Shown here: piece after piece, positions 9,470 to 17,956 of the stretch
Layout of the letters: the number at the start of each line of letters is the position of its first letter
Position numbering within the stretch: position 1 is the stretch's first letter
NCBI GenBank assembly: GCA_964622655.1
Contig: CAZUSQ010000001.1
Span: 5,427 to 36,115, forward strand
Direction of reading: 5' to 3'
DNA from: an uncultured Methanosarcinales archaeon
GTDB lineage: Archaea; Nanobdellota; Nanobdellia; Woesearchaeales; GW2011-AR4
DNA length: 30,689 bases
Position numbers and translations under genes: made by a program
The notes under the pieces: generated by a model
The model's database searches: none
What the model was told of the DNA's origin: nothing
The model's input: only the letters and a program-made list of their open reading frames with translations

Positions 9470-9718
9470 ATGAATGCAGAACATTGTCAAGTATTATGTC
9501 AGAATTGCGGGAATCATACTTGTTTTCGGAAGCCTAATCATATGCTTGAAGCACATATGTGTTTTGGATGTGATAGGGCCAAAGTTGATGGCATTAAATA
9601 TTTTAGACAAGAACTGCTTAAAAAGATTGATGGAGAAATACATAAATTACCTCAAAATCCTGAAAATGATTTATATATTGAAGGTTTGCAAAAAGCAAAA
9701 GAATTGATTGAGAATTGA
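9470..9718 (+). CDS. Small Cys-rich hypothetical protein (82 aa), probably metal-binding
   Basis: Six Cys in the first 34 aa (CxxxCxxC...C...CxxC) followed by a charged helical tail. ATG start; occupies an otherwise intergenic gap. Confidence 0.6.
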   Translation: MNAEHCQVLCQNCGNHTCFRKPNHMLEAHMCFGCDRAKVDGIKYFRQELLKKIDGEIHKLPQNPENDLYIEGLQKAKELIEN

Positions 9719-9978
9719 GAGGCAAAAGAACTAAATTTTTGGCTAAAATTGGTGAGTATAGGATTGGTATTATTTACAGTTATTGAGATAATAAAAATTT
9801 ATTTTCAGCATCAAACAATTCGCACCACATTATTTATCAAACGTTAATGCACCAGAACCAATTTTCTCATATGTTTTTACAAAAGAGAATTTAGATATTT
9901 TCAAGAAAATATTTAAAAAGCCAAAAATAGAGGGAAGACAATAATTATAGTTTTTTATATCTAATGCATCAAATTATT

Positions 9979-12246
9979 TTATGTCGTTGACAAAAATTTG
10001 GAAATTTTTGGAGTGTGTCGTTCTTTATTCTTTAATGCCATCATACTTTTTTTAAATAGTAGCATGTATCCTTTCCAGCTCGTAATTATGTTTAGGGGGA
10101 TGATGCATTCCCAAGTGCAATGGCATTTATTATCCCAGATCCATTTTTGAAGATTTCTGGATTCAGATTTAGCCAGTATTTTATTTACATCATAATCGTA
10201 GTCCCTTACATTGCCTAAATTTTTATGGAGTACTTCGCAGGGATAAATATCTCCTTCTTCACTTATTACCACAGACTTTTTTATTGCCTGACAGGGAACT
10301 ACACTTTTGTGTTCTTCCTCTACTTTTATCACTACATCCTTTGCTGCAGATACAAGGAAGTCTTTCAATCTTGAAGAGGGGTACGGATGCCTTTCATTTT
10401 TAATTTTATTAGAGAATTCTTTATACTTTTCCAGAATGCCGCCTTTTCCCAGTGTATCTTTGGGTCTGCCTCTTAAATAAGAGATATCATGTTTTACGCC
10501 CAGCTTATTTTTCACAAAATCATTTAGGGCTAGTATATCATTCTTATTGTGATCCATAATTGTAGTGCCGAGTGTAATATCAAAGTTAGGCCTGTCCATA
10601 AACTCTTTTAGAGCCTCTACAGATTCTATAACATTGTCGTAACTCTGATTTGATACCCTGATGTTATTGTGCGTTTCCTTAAATCCGTCCAAAGATATTA
10701 AAACACTAAAGGCCATATTTGGACAAGAGTCAAGTATATCTTCTGTAATCTGTTTTAGTCTTTTTGGGTTAAGCCCATTTGAATGAAAGCCCATTATTTT
10801 AACATCATTATTATGGTAAAATGTCTTGACTATTTCAACAATATCGTTCCTTATGGTTGGCTCTCCACCTGTCATTGTAAGATAATATATTTTATCCAAA
10901 TTTTTTGAAACTTTTTGTATTTCTTCAAGTGTTAATTCTTTGTTTGGCTTATTCAGATTTTCCATATAAAAACAATGTTTACATTTAAGATTACATTTTG
11001 AAGTAACAAACAAATCAACATAAGGCAACCTTGATGTGAATATCCTTGTTGAATAAATCATAGTATTTAATAGGTCATTAAACTGCGATGTTATTAACTT
11101 TGAAAACCCAAAAATAATGCCTAGACCCATTGAAGTATGCAAAACCATTGATGCGAAAATAGTCGGAAAGAAACTCAATATTCCTGCCCTCTTCGCCATC
11201 CAAAATAAAAATTTTAAATTGGATATGACATAAAGAGCAGAGAGCGAGACTGGAACTACAAAAAACCTAGAGGATAGCAATAAAGGCAGTGTAACCAGAA
11301 TTGATAAAGAAAGGATGGACATCGTGCATTCAAAAAGTGTGCCTGTTCCGCCTGTTGCTTCAAAGCTTTTTTTCTTCAGAAATAGCGGGACATATGTGGC
11401 GGTTCTGTGAAATAGTTTGATTGCCCTGTTTTTCAGTGGTTTGGGAACATGGTCGCATAAAATGTCAGGAGCGATATAATTTTTATAACCATGCCGGATA
11501 ATTTCATATCCAGTATCATATTCTTCCACGCCAGCACCTTTGTATTTAGTGTTAAAACCTCCAACTTCTTCAAATACTTTCTTTTCTATCAAGCCGCATT
11601 CGGAATTAAATGCGGAATAATTATCTACAAATTTCACGCCCTTTTTCCATTTATAGTCATAGCATATCTTCAATGTGCAGAAATTGTCAGAAAATTTCGG
11701 GGAAAAGCATTTTCCAGATTCAACAGCGCCTACAACCTTGATATCTTGGCCAGATTCGTAAACTTCTAGCATTTTTGAGAATGTGTTTTTGTAGACCATC
11801 AAATCGGAATCTACAAAAACGAGAAGGTCTGCTTTTGCATGCTTAGCGCCTACATTTCTTGCATTCGCAACCCCTCTATTGCGCTTTAGCTCTATTACCC
11901 TACACTCGTACTTCTTTAGCTTTTCAAGCGTTGAATCAGTAGAACAGTCATCAACAACTATAATCTCAAAATCCTTAAAATAAGAATTAAAAACCGCATC
12001 CAGACATTTCTCGATAGTGTTTTCACGATTATAGGTGGGTATTATTACTGATAGCTTCGGCTTTAATTCTTGGGTTTCGATTATGGTTTCCTTTATTGCC
12101 GACAGTTTTGGTTTTTCTTCTGGAAACTCATGAGTTCCGTCTGTCTCCAACAGTTTCACTCTTTCTTCATGAGACTCTTGGGTCTCGTTTATTACTAATA
12201 GTTTCAGTTTCCCTTCCGGAGACTCTTTTTTGGTTTCGTTTGTCAT
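9979..12246 (-). CDS. Fusion: repeat N-terminus + GT2 glycosyltransferase + transmembrane segment + radical SAM with Twitch/SPASM-like C-terminus
   Basis: GT2: SVIIPTYNR, VVDDCSTD, RNVGA, FVDSD. Hydrophobic linker. Radical SAM: CNLKCKHC, TGGEP, SLDG. C-terminal C-x15-GDIYPC...CHCTWEC. Confidence 0.88.
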   Translation of the reverse strand: MTNETKKESPEGKLKLLVINETQESHEERVKLLETDGTHEFPEEKPKLSAIKETIIETQELKPKLSVIIPTYNRENTIEKCLDAVFNSYFKDFEIIVVDDCSTDSTLEKLKKYECRVIELKRNRGVANARNVGAKHAKADLLVFVDSDLMVYKNTFSKMLEVYESGQDIKVVGAVESGKCFSPKFSDNFCTLKICYDYKWKKGVKFVDNYSAFNSECGLIEKKVFEEVGGFNTKYKGAGVEEYDTGYEIIRHGYKNYIAPDILCDHVPKPLKNRAIKLFHRTATYVPLFLKKKSFEATGGTGTLFECTMSILSLSILVTLPLLLSSRFFVVPVSLSALYVISNLKFLFWMAKRAGILSFFPTIFASMVLHTSMGLGIIFGFSKLITSQFNDLLNTMIYSTRIFTSRLPYVDLFVTSKCNLKCKHCFYMENLNKPNKELTLEEIQKVSKNLDKIYYLTMTGGEPTIRNDIVEIVKTFYHNNDVKIMGFHSNGLNPKRLKQITEDILDSCPNMAFSVLISLDGFKETHNNIRVSNQSYDNVIESVEALKEFMDRPNFDITLGTTIMDHNKNDILALNDFVKNKLGVKHDISYLRGRPKDTLGKGGILEKYKEFSNKIKNERHPYPSSRLKDFLVSAAKDVVIKVEEEHKSVVPCQAIKKSVVISEEGDIYPCEVLHKNLGNVRDYDYDVNKILAKSESRNLQKWIWDNKCHCTWECIIPLNIITSWKGYMLLFKKSMMALKNKERHTPKISKFLSTT
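12051..12246 (-). repeat. Four degenerate ~16-codon tandem repeats encoding the N-terminus of the GT2-radical SAM fusion
   Basis: ETKKESPEGKLKLL / ETQESHEERVKLL / GTHEFPEEKPKLS / ETIIETQELKPKLS. DNA similarity is visible, e.g. gagactctt..ggt.tcgttt occurs twice. Confidence 0.6.
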
Positions 12247-12656
12247 AAAAATTTAGGCAGGATTTCGAGTATTTATGCTTGGGAGGAATGCCAAATCCTC
12301 TTTTTACTACAATTTTATCTAAAGTGTCTTCTTTATATTTGTATATATTCTCTGAATAATTTGAATATCTCTTGTGGAATTAAACACAATAATATGCCTT
12401 CTCTCCGTTTAAAATAAAGTCAAAGCCTACAATACCCTAGTATTTTGATTTACATTTAAAAACATTTCGATTATTCTAATACCTATGCAACTGAGAACTA
12501 TATTGTGGTTTTGCTTCAAATAAAAATTCTGAGCTTACGAGACTTAAAAACTCAAAATTTACGTTGTTACTTGATATCTAATAATTCAATAAGTTTTATA
12601 TACCGATTTATTCTCCATACATTTGATAAAAAATAATACATTTAATCTAAAGTAAA

Positions 12657-12794
12657 ATGAGATGTAATTTCTGCAAACAACTGATGGAAAAGATAGAACA
12701 TAACGATCCCAAAATTGATACGTATAAATGTAACTATTGTCATTACTTGATAGATATTTCGGTTAAAGACCGGCAAGCCACAGAAGATAACTAA
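12657..12794 (+). CDS. 45-aa zinc-ribbon microprotein (CxxC-x18-CxxC), not in the supplied ORF track
   Basis: My translation: MRCNFCKQLMEKIEHNDPKIDTYKCNYCHYLIDISVKDRQATEDN*. ATG 12657, TAA 12792-12794; sits in a 590-bp gap. Confidence 0.7.
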   Translation: MRCNFCKQLMEKIEHNDPKIDTYKCNYCHYLIDISVKDRQATEDN

Positions 12795-12836
12795 GAAAGT
12801 ATTAATAGCAACAAATAAAAAGAAGTGGTATTAGAA

Positions 12837-14570
12837 TCATTCTATATTATAAACAAATATAGAATAACCAATTTTCTCTATAGGCTCGTATTTTTTAAGC
12901 CAATTATAACATGTTCTATTGAGCAGATGCGCGTTTTGAAGGTTGGTTATGCTGATTGCTATCAAGCCCTTTCTCTTAGAACAGTCTTCAGATACATTAG
13001 GTGGTGAAATAACAACAGATGTATAGTTATTTTGCCATGGCTGGAAGTAAGGGGAAGGCAAGTATTCATAAGAAATGCCGTAGTATCTAGGGTCTATAGA
13101 GCCCCAGTAGCTTAATTTGATTTTATCAATTTTATTTTTTTCCATGAATTTTTTTAGCCCAAATAAGTCCTGGCCTTGGTCTATATTTGAGCCGACTACT
13201 ATCTTGTATGCATTATTTGGCCCTCCGCCCAAGATGTTTATATAAGAAAGATAATATGGGGCAATTAAAATTGTGGAAACTGCATAGGAAATAAGTAAGA
13301 TGGGTATTGCTGCATTGAATATATTTTTTCCTTTTATATTGGCTGGAGCATTAACTATGTTGCTTGCTAAGACTGAAAGAAAGGGGTATATTGTCAATAT
13401 ATGGTTTATACCAGATGTTTTGCTTGTAATAGAGAATATTATAAATATAAAAATTATTGGAAGTATAAGAGACGCATTTGTTATAAAATCCTTTTTTGGC
13501 AATTTTTTATGCAAAAATAAAAGTAAGATAAGCATCAATAAAAATGAAAAATTCGTTTTTATGATGAAGGTAAGGATGCCATAATACCACACTTGATTGT
13601 CGACAATTTCTCCAAGCATAAAACCAGTTTTGTCTTGTGTTGATGCGTAAAAGATGTGCCCAATCATACCTACATAAGTGGACGCTGGCAATGGAACCTT
13701 ATCATATATAAAGAGCAAATAATCCGAAATGATTGGTATTTTGCTTAGTTCCTCTCTTGCTTTTTCCGAATAATACACTGGAACTAGACTGCCTTTAATT
13801 GTTCCAAACTGGAACATATGGAATGCCCATATTAAAACAAAACCGATAATGAATATAACTAAAAGATTTTTGACTAGAGTTTTTGATTTTAGATTACTCT
13901 CCTTTTCGTACACAGCTATAGCTCCAATAACTATAAACAAAGGATATAACATTATTGCAGTTATTTTTGAAAGCTGGGCAAGGCCAAAAAAAATGCCAGC
14001 CAATAAAAGATTCTTCTTAGACGGTTTCTTGATGAGGCGCCAGAAATAATAGGTGGCTATAAAAATCATCATAGCGACAGTAAAGTCTGCAACTGCTAAA
14101 CTAGAATAACCTATAATCGCTGGATTAAACGAATAAAGAAGTAAGGCAACAATGCCACTTTTTTTGCCATAAAGTTCAGTTGCCCACTTAAGTATAAAAA
14201 AGGCAAGTATAACCGAGAGCAAAACAAATGGTATTCTTGATATGAATAAAATAAATTTAGGATCATAGCTGGATTCAAATAAAACTTCTTTTCCGATTTC
14301 CCAAGCCTTGTCATTCTGCCATATTTTCTCATCGAATTTTAAGGGTATCAATGGTATGCTATTTATGTAGTAAGACAGGGGTGGATGGTCTGATGCCACC
14401 ATACGCCTTATATTGCCTGTGCTGAAAATTGCTTTTCCTTCCCCAATAAAAAATAATTCGTCCCATACGGTAGAATTGTGTAGTGCACTCCACACGCCCT
14501 GCACAATAATAGAAAAAAGAAGCAAAGTAATAATAATTAGTTGTGATTTTGAATATTTTACAGATGTCAT
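12837..14570 (-). CDS. GT-C glycosyltransferase, ArnT/PMT-like (GT83/GT39-like)
   Basis: VWDE acidic motif after TM1, DHPPL, multiple TMs, LAQLSK, C-terminal soluble domain. Confidence 0.85.
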   Translation of the reverse strand: MTSVKYSKSQLIIITLLLFSIIVQGVWSALHNSTVWDELFFIGEGKAIFSTGNIRRMVASDHPPLSYYINSIPLIPLKFDEKIWQNDKAWEIGKEVLFESSYDPKFILFISRIPFVLLSVILAFFILKWATELYGKKSGIVALLLYSFNPAIIGYSSLAVADFTVAMMIFIATYYFWRLIKKPSKKNLLLAGIFFGLAQLSKITAIMLYPLFIVIGAIAVYEKESNLKSKTLVKNLLVIFIIGFVLIWAFHMFQFGTIKGSLVPVYYSEKAREELSKIPIISDYLLFIYDKVPLPASTYVGMIGHIFYASTQDKTGFMLGEIVDNQVWYYGILTFIIKTNFSFLLMLILLLFLHKKLPKKDFITNASLILPIIFIFIIFSITSKTSGINHILTIYPFLSVLASNIVNAPANIKGKNIFNAAIPILLISYAVSTILIAPYYLSYINILGGGPNNAYKIVVGSNIDQGQDLFGLKKFMEKNKIDKIKLSYWGSIDPRYYGISYEYLPSPYFQPWQNNYTSVVISPPNVSEDCSKRKGLIAISITNLQNAHLLNRTCYNWLKKYEPIEKIGYSIFVYNIE

Positions 14571-14600
14571 TTTAATTCTAATAGATTTAGAAAATCAGTA

Positions 14601-14616
14601 ATATATTTAAATATAT
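14601..14616. promoter_or_regulatory. Palindromic TATA element ATATATTTAAATATAT in a divergent promoter
   Basis: Perfect 16-bp palindrome in the 63-bp gap between divergent ATGs at 14570 and 14634. Confidence 0.65.
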
Positions 14617-14633
14617 CACTATTAGCCAGAAAT

Positions 14634-15515
14634 ATGAAAATTGTTGTAACTATTCCGGCATTTAACGAAGAAAAAAGCATTAGAGAGGTTATAACTAATG
14701 TTAAGAAAGTAATGACATCAAATAAATATAACTATAAAATTCTAGTAATTGATGATGGCAGCAAAGATAGGACAGCAGAGATTGCAAAAAAATCTGGTGC
14801 TATTGTTTACTCTCATCCAAAAAACTATGGATTAGCTGATACATTCAAAACAGAGGTATCAAAATCACTTGAGCTTAAACCAGATGTTATAGTTCATATA
14901 GATGCAGACTCTCAATATAAACCAAAAGACATACCAAAATTGATAGAAGAAATCAAAAAAGGCTATGACCTTGTATTAGGGAGCAGATTTAAAGGAAAAA
15001 TAGAAGAAATGCAATTAATTAAAAGGCTTGGTAATATAGCCTTTTCAAAAGTAGTATCCCAAATAACAGGTTTACAAATATCAGATGCCCAAACTGGTTT
15101 CAGGGCTTTTACAAAAGAGGTTGCTAAAAGTATACCGATAACATCAAATCACACATACACTCAAGAGCAGATTATTAGGGCTATGAAGCAAAGATTAAAG
15201 ATAAAAGAGGTCCCAATTTACTTTGCAAAAAGACATGGAACAAGTAGATTAATAACAAATACTTTTGGATATGCCATTAAGGCTTGGATTAACATAATAA
15301 GAATTTATAGAGACTACGAGCCATTAAAATTTTTTGGGATTCTTGGAACTCTTATTTTTGGTTTGGGTTTTTTTATTGGACTTTATCTGATATATCTACA
15401 TTTTACAACCGGTATTGTTGGGCATTTTGCTTTGATAATGCTTGATATCTTAATCCTAAGCATTGGATTGCAAATTATAATATTTGGATTTCTTGCTGAT
15501 ATGAACAGAAAATAA
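14634..15515 (+). CDS. Polyprenol-phosphate glycosyltransferase-like GT2 with two C-terminal TMs
   Basis: IPAFNEEKSI, IDDGSKDRT, HIDADSQY, VLGSRF, DAQTGFRAF, then a C-terminal hydrophobic hairpin. Confidence 0.88.
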   Translation: MKIVVTIPAFNEEKSIREVITNVKKVMTSNKYNYKILVIDDGSKDRTAEIAKKSGAIVYSHPKNYGLADTFKTEVSKSLELKPDVIVHIDADSQYKPKDIPKLIEEIKKGYDLVLGSRFKGKIEEMQLIKRLGNIAFSKVVSQITGLQISDAQTGFRAFTKEVAKSIPITSNHTYTQEQIIRAMKQRLKIKEVPIYFAKRHGTSRLITNTFGYAIKAWINIIRIYRDYEPLKFFGILGTLIFGLGFFIGLYLIYLHFTTGIVGHFALIMLDILILSIGLQIIIFGFLADMNRK

Positions 15516-15516
15516 A

Positions 15517-16296
15517 ATGATTAAGCATAGTGGTGTTATTTTTAATGAAAAAACAAAAAAGTTTAGCATAGATTGGAAAGAGACACACAGTTACATATTA
15601 GCAACATTGCAATTAAACTCTGTTTTGAATGCAAGCAAATATGCAAAAGGAAAGCTTCTTGATGTGGGTTGTGGTGAGAAGCCTTTTTTATATGTTTTTA
15701 AGGATAAAATTAAAAAATATGTTGGGATTGATGTCCCATCAACCTCACATCTAAACAAAGAAATTGATGTCTTTTCTTCTGGGACACAAATAGCATTCAA
15801 AAATGGAAGTTTTGACACAATAATAACCACAAGTGTTCTTGAGCATGTCAAAGAGCCTCAAAAAATGTTTTATGAGATGTACAGGGTACTTAAAAAGAAT
15901 TCTTATTTAATTATAACAACCCCGTGTCAGTATGGACTGCATGAGCAGCCTTATGATTTTTTTAGATACACAAAATATAGTTTAAGGCTTATGGCCGAAA
16001 ATAGCGGCTTTAAAGTTGTCTACATAAAGCCTGTTGGAGGTATGTTGTCAATAATAAGCCAGCTTATTGCTAAATATATATCAATTTTTTTATATGTGTT
16101 ATTAGAGAGAATTAAGGGAAATAAAATAGATGCAAAAGCAGGTTTTAAAAAGATAAAGAAAAATAGCATAATACAATTTATTTCTTTTGTGCCGCAAAAG
16201 CTATTTTTAATATTATATAACTTAGGGTTAAAAAAAATAGATGATTTGTCAGCAGAGGTCGATCCTTGCATATACATAATGGTTGCTAAAAAATGA
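15517..16296 (+). CDS. Class I SAM-dependent methyltransferase
   Basis: LLDVGCGEKPF, YVGID, FDTII..SVLEHV, LH EQPYDFFRYT. Confidence 0.88.
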   Translation: MIKHSGVIFNEKTKKFSIDWKETHSYILATLQLNSVLNASKYAKGKLLDVGCGEKPFLYVFKDKIKKYVGIDVPSTSHLNKEIDVFSSGTQIAFKNGSFDTIITTSVLEHVKEPQKMFYEMYRVLKKNSYLIITTPCQYGLHEQPYDFFRYTKYSLRLMAENSGFKVVYIKPVGGMLSIISQLIAKYISIFLYVLLERIKGNKIDAKAGFKKIKKNSIIQFISFVPQKLFLILYNLGLKKIDDLSAEVDPCIYIMVAKK

Positions 16297-16424
16297 AGTC
16301 TAATTTACATGTTAGGATACTACAATAACAATAAAACAAAAAATACATTACCGAATGTTGTATATAGCATTTTTAAAATATTTTTTTGATATTGATTCTT
16401 AGGAGATAGTTGTCAATACATATC

Positions 16425-16434
16425 TTTTTAAATA
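16425..16434 (+). promoter_or_regulatory. TATA box TTTTTAAATA for the WbpB/D/E-like operon
   Basis: Lies 21-30 bp before the ATG at 16455, supporting that start over the ORF-track start at 16410. Confidence 0.55.
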
Positions 16435-16454
16435 GAATATTCCTACCTTGCAAC

Positions 16455-17489
16455 ATGAAATTTGGTATTATTGGGTGTGGTTATTGGGGACCAAATTTAA
16501 TAAGAAACTTTAACAGCATTGCAGGAGCAGAGGTGGTTTATTGTGCAGATATAGACGAGAATAGGCTAAGCCATATTAAAAGTATATATCCAAAAATGTT
16601 AGTTACAAAGGATTACAATGAAATACTCGATAAAAAAGAGGTGGATGCTATAATAATTGCTACTCCTGTAGAAACTCATTATAAAATTGCTAAAGACGCC
16701 TTAAATGCAGATAAGCATGTTTTAGTTGAAAAGCCTATTACAAACAATTCTGAAGATGCAATTGGACTTATAAAAATAGCGGAAAAAAACAACAAAGTTT
16801 TGATGGTTGATCATACATTTGAATATAGTGCTCCTGTAAGAAAAATAAAAGAGATGATAAAAAACAATGAGTTAGGTAAAATATTCACAATTGACATGAT
16901 AAGGGTTAATTTAGGCTTATTCCAAAAAAAGGTCAATGTCATCTGGGATTTGGCACCGCATGATATTTCAATGTTACTTTACTATCTTGATGAAATGCCA
17001 TTGACTGTAAGGGCGTTTGGTGAGTCCTATATCAGAGAAGGTATTGAAGATGATGCGCATTTGAGTTTGACATTTAGAAATAAAATAATGGCCAATATGC
17101 ATGTGTCGTGGCTTGATCCTTGTAAAATTAGAAGAACGACAATTGTAGGCAATAAAAAGATGCTAGTTTTTGATGACACTTTACAAGAAGAAAAAATAAG
17201 AATATATGACAAAGGGGTTACAATAGAAAAAAACAGCATACCAAAACAACCTTATTACGATACTTATGAGGAATGGGTTTTGACTTACAGGTCAGGAGAT
17301 ATTCATATGCCAAAGATAGAAAATAAAGAGCCATTAAATGTTATGGCAGGACATTTTGTGAATTGCATAAAGAGCAACAAAAAGCCTTTAACAGATGGTT
17401 ATTCTGGATTAAGGATTGTAAAAGTTATTGAGGCTGCGCAAAAATCATTAAAAGATAACGGCAATAAAGTTATTATAAAAAATGATTAG
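16455..17489 (+). CDS. Gfo/Idh/MocA oxidoreductase, WbpB/WlbA-like nucleotide-sugar 3-dehydrogenase
   Basis: GIIGCGYWG, IATP..TH, HVLVEKP, WDLAPHD, VSWL.P.K.R. Start moved to the ATG at 16455. Confidence 0.85.
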   Translation: MKFGIIGCGYWGPNLIRNFNSIAGAEVVYCADIDENRLSHIKSIYPKMLVTKDYNEILDKKEVDAIIIATPVETHYKIAKDALNADKHVLVEKPITNNSEDAIGLIKIAEKNNKVLMVDHTFEYSAPVRKIKEMIKNNELGKIFTIDMIRVNLGLFQKKVNVIWDLAPHDISMLLYYLDEMPLTVRAFGESYIREGIEDDAHLSLTFRNKIMANMHVSWLDPCKIRRTTIVGNKKMLVFDDTLQEEKIRIYDKGVTIEKNSIPKQPYYDTYEEWVLTYRSGDIHMPKIENKEPLNVMAGHFVNCIKSNKKPLTDGYSGLRIVKVIEAAQKSLKDNGNKVIIKND

Positions 17490-17952
17490 TAAAGATGTTA
17501 AACTCGGCGATAACGTAAAGATATACCATAAAGAATTGGTTAATTTGTATGGTTGTGAAATAGGCAATAATACAAAAATAGCCTCTTTTGTTGAAATTCA
17601 AAAAAATGTTAGAATTGGCAAAAATTGCAAAATAGAAGCGTTTGCCTTTATACCTGAAGGCGTCAAAATTGAAGACGAAGTTTTTATTGGACCACATGCG
17701 TGCTTTACAAATGACAAGTTGCCTAGAGCCACTAACAAAGATGGAAGTGTTAAAACAGAAAAAGACTGGAAAATAATAAAAACATTAGTAAAGAAAAGAG
17801 CAAGCATAGGGGCTAATGCAACTATTATATGTGGAATAACAATAGGAAAAAATTCAATAATAGGTGCAGGTTCTGTTGTAACAAAGGATGTTCCACCTGA
17901 TTCTATTGTTGTAGGGAGTCCTGCTAAGATTATTGGCAAAGTAAAAGATTGA
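17482..17952 (+). CDS. Hexapeptide-repeat N-acetyltransferase, WbpD/WlbB-like
   Basis: Left-handed beta-helix repeats, FTND..PRA, ASIGANATI, GAGSVVTKDVP, GSPAK. Confidence 0.9.
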   Translation: MISKDVKLGDNVKIYHKELVNLYGCEIGNNTKIASFVEIQKNVRIGKNCKIEAFAFIPEGVKIEDEVFIGPHACFTNDKLPRATNKDGSVKTEKDWKIIKTLVKKRASIGANATIICGITIGKNSIIGAGSVVTKDVPPDSIVVGSPAKIIGKVKD

Positions 17953-17956
17953 TAAA

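Noticed and set aside
9474-9707. 77-aa ORF overlapping the 82-aa Cys-rich ORF in another frame
   Set aside because: No motif; the other frame has an ordered Cys pattern and protein-like composition.
9716-9718. TGA as selenocysteine or evidence of a recoded genetic code
   Set aside because: It is not in a redox motif, no SECIS-like element was identified, and TGA clearly terminates several other genes here.
9453-12271. TCGAGTA occurring near the starts of both the 82-aa ORF and the fusion gene
   Set aside because: Two copies of a 7-mer are not distinguishable from chance.
12247-12420. Protein-like minus-strand frame (YKYKEDTLDKIVVKRGFGIPPKHKY) upstream of the fusion gene
   Set aside because: No start codon and no recognisable family; cannot be called a pseudogene without a search.
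16410-16454. N-terminal extensions in the ORF track for the Gfo/Idh/MocA gene (16410), rfbF (20942), rfbG (21760) and ugd (29318)
   Set aside because: Domain starts, TATA spacing and ATGA coupling support ATGs at 16455, 21080, 21772 and 29279.
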